Made by a program: the position numbers and the translations under genes. Shown here piece by piece: positions 63,468 to 64,000 of a DNA stretch of 64,000 bases; position 1 is the first letter of the stretch; each line of letters opens with the position of its first letter. The DNA is from the human T2T-CHM13v2.0 reference genome, Homo sapiens, in NCBI RefSeq assembly GCF_009914755.1, contig NC_060940.1. One strand, written 5' to 3'. The notes beneath the pieces are model-generated. The model had not been told where the DNA came from. It was given only the letters and a program-made list of their open reading frames with translations, and did no database searches.

Positions 63468-64000
63468 ATTTTTTTCTTCTTGTTTTGAGACAGAGTCTTA
63501 CTCTGTCACTCACGCTGGAGTGCAGTGACGTGATCATAGCTCACTGCAGCCTCAACCTCCCTGGGCTCAAGTGATTCTCCTACCTCAGCCTCCTGACGAG
63601 CTAGGACTACAGGCATGTGCCACCACTCCCAGCTAATTTTTTTTTTTTTTTTTTGAGACGGAGTCTTGCTTTGTTGCCCAGGCTGGAGTGCAGTGGCGTG
63701 ATCTCTGCTCACTGTAACCTCTGCCTCCTGGGTTCAAGCTATTCTCCTGCGTCAGCCTCCTGAGTAGCTGGGACTACAGGCATGTGCCACTACGCCTGGC
63801 TAATTTTTTGTATTTTTAGTAGAGATGGGTTTCACCATATTAGCCAGGATGGTATCCATCTCCTGACCTCGTGATCCACCTGCCTCGGCCTCCCAGCTAA
63901 CTTTTTTTGTAGAGACAGGGTCTTGCTATGTTGCTCGGGCTGGTCTCAAATTCCTGGGCTCAGGAGATCCTCCTACCTTGGCTTCCCAAAGTGCTGGGAT
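63468..64000 (-). mobile_element. AluJ-like host (right arm 63468-63636, left arm 63896-64000)
   Basis: The two arms are separated by a younger Alu inserted at the linker. Confidence 0.92.
63637..63895 (-). mobile_element. 5'-truncated AluSc-like inserted in AluJ linker
   Basis: TSD ctcccagctaa 63626-63636 and 63890-63900. Confidence 0.92.

Overview
Primate (very likely human) non-coding genomic DNA, read by eye without RepeatMasker or BLAST. Boundaries of old elements are approximate (tens of bp) and subfamily names come from recalled diagnostic motifs. The window is dominated by interspersed repeats: about 50 Alu copies or fragments, many old L1M fragments, a 3.6-kb twin-primed L1PA5/6-like insertion, L2, MIR, MaLR/ERV solo LTRs (MLT1, MSTA, MER41B, LTR16, MER90-like) and hAT DNA transposons (MER58A, MER5A, MER119, a Tip100-type transposase relic). 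I found no credible protein-coding gene, RNA gene or CRISPR array. The only recognisable protein fragments are broken L1 ORF2 pieces and a hAT transposase C-terminus; the other ORFs are Alu or low-complexity artefacts. L1s and Alus are strongly biased to the minus strand, which suggests a large intron of a plus-strand gene. Several repeat-free, motif-dense islands look like enhancers. I see no evidence for a wholly new biological system. The best leads are mechanistic fossils: two orphan polyadenylated retro-inserts (46115-46700 and 48553-48647), an Alu-L1 chimera under one target-site duplication (TSD), a locally templated insertion with a snap-back hairpin, a twin-primed L1, a tailless Alu with a TSD, an Alu trimer, and a MER41B LTR with one intact GAS site.
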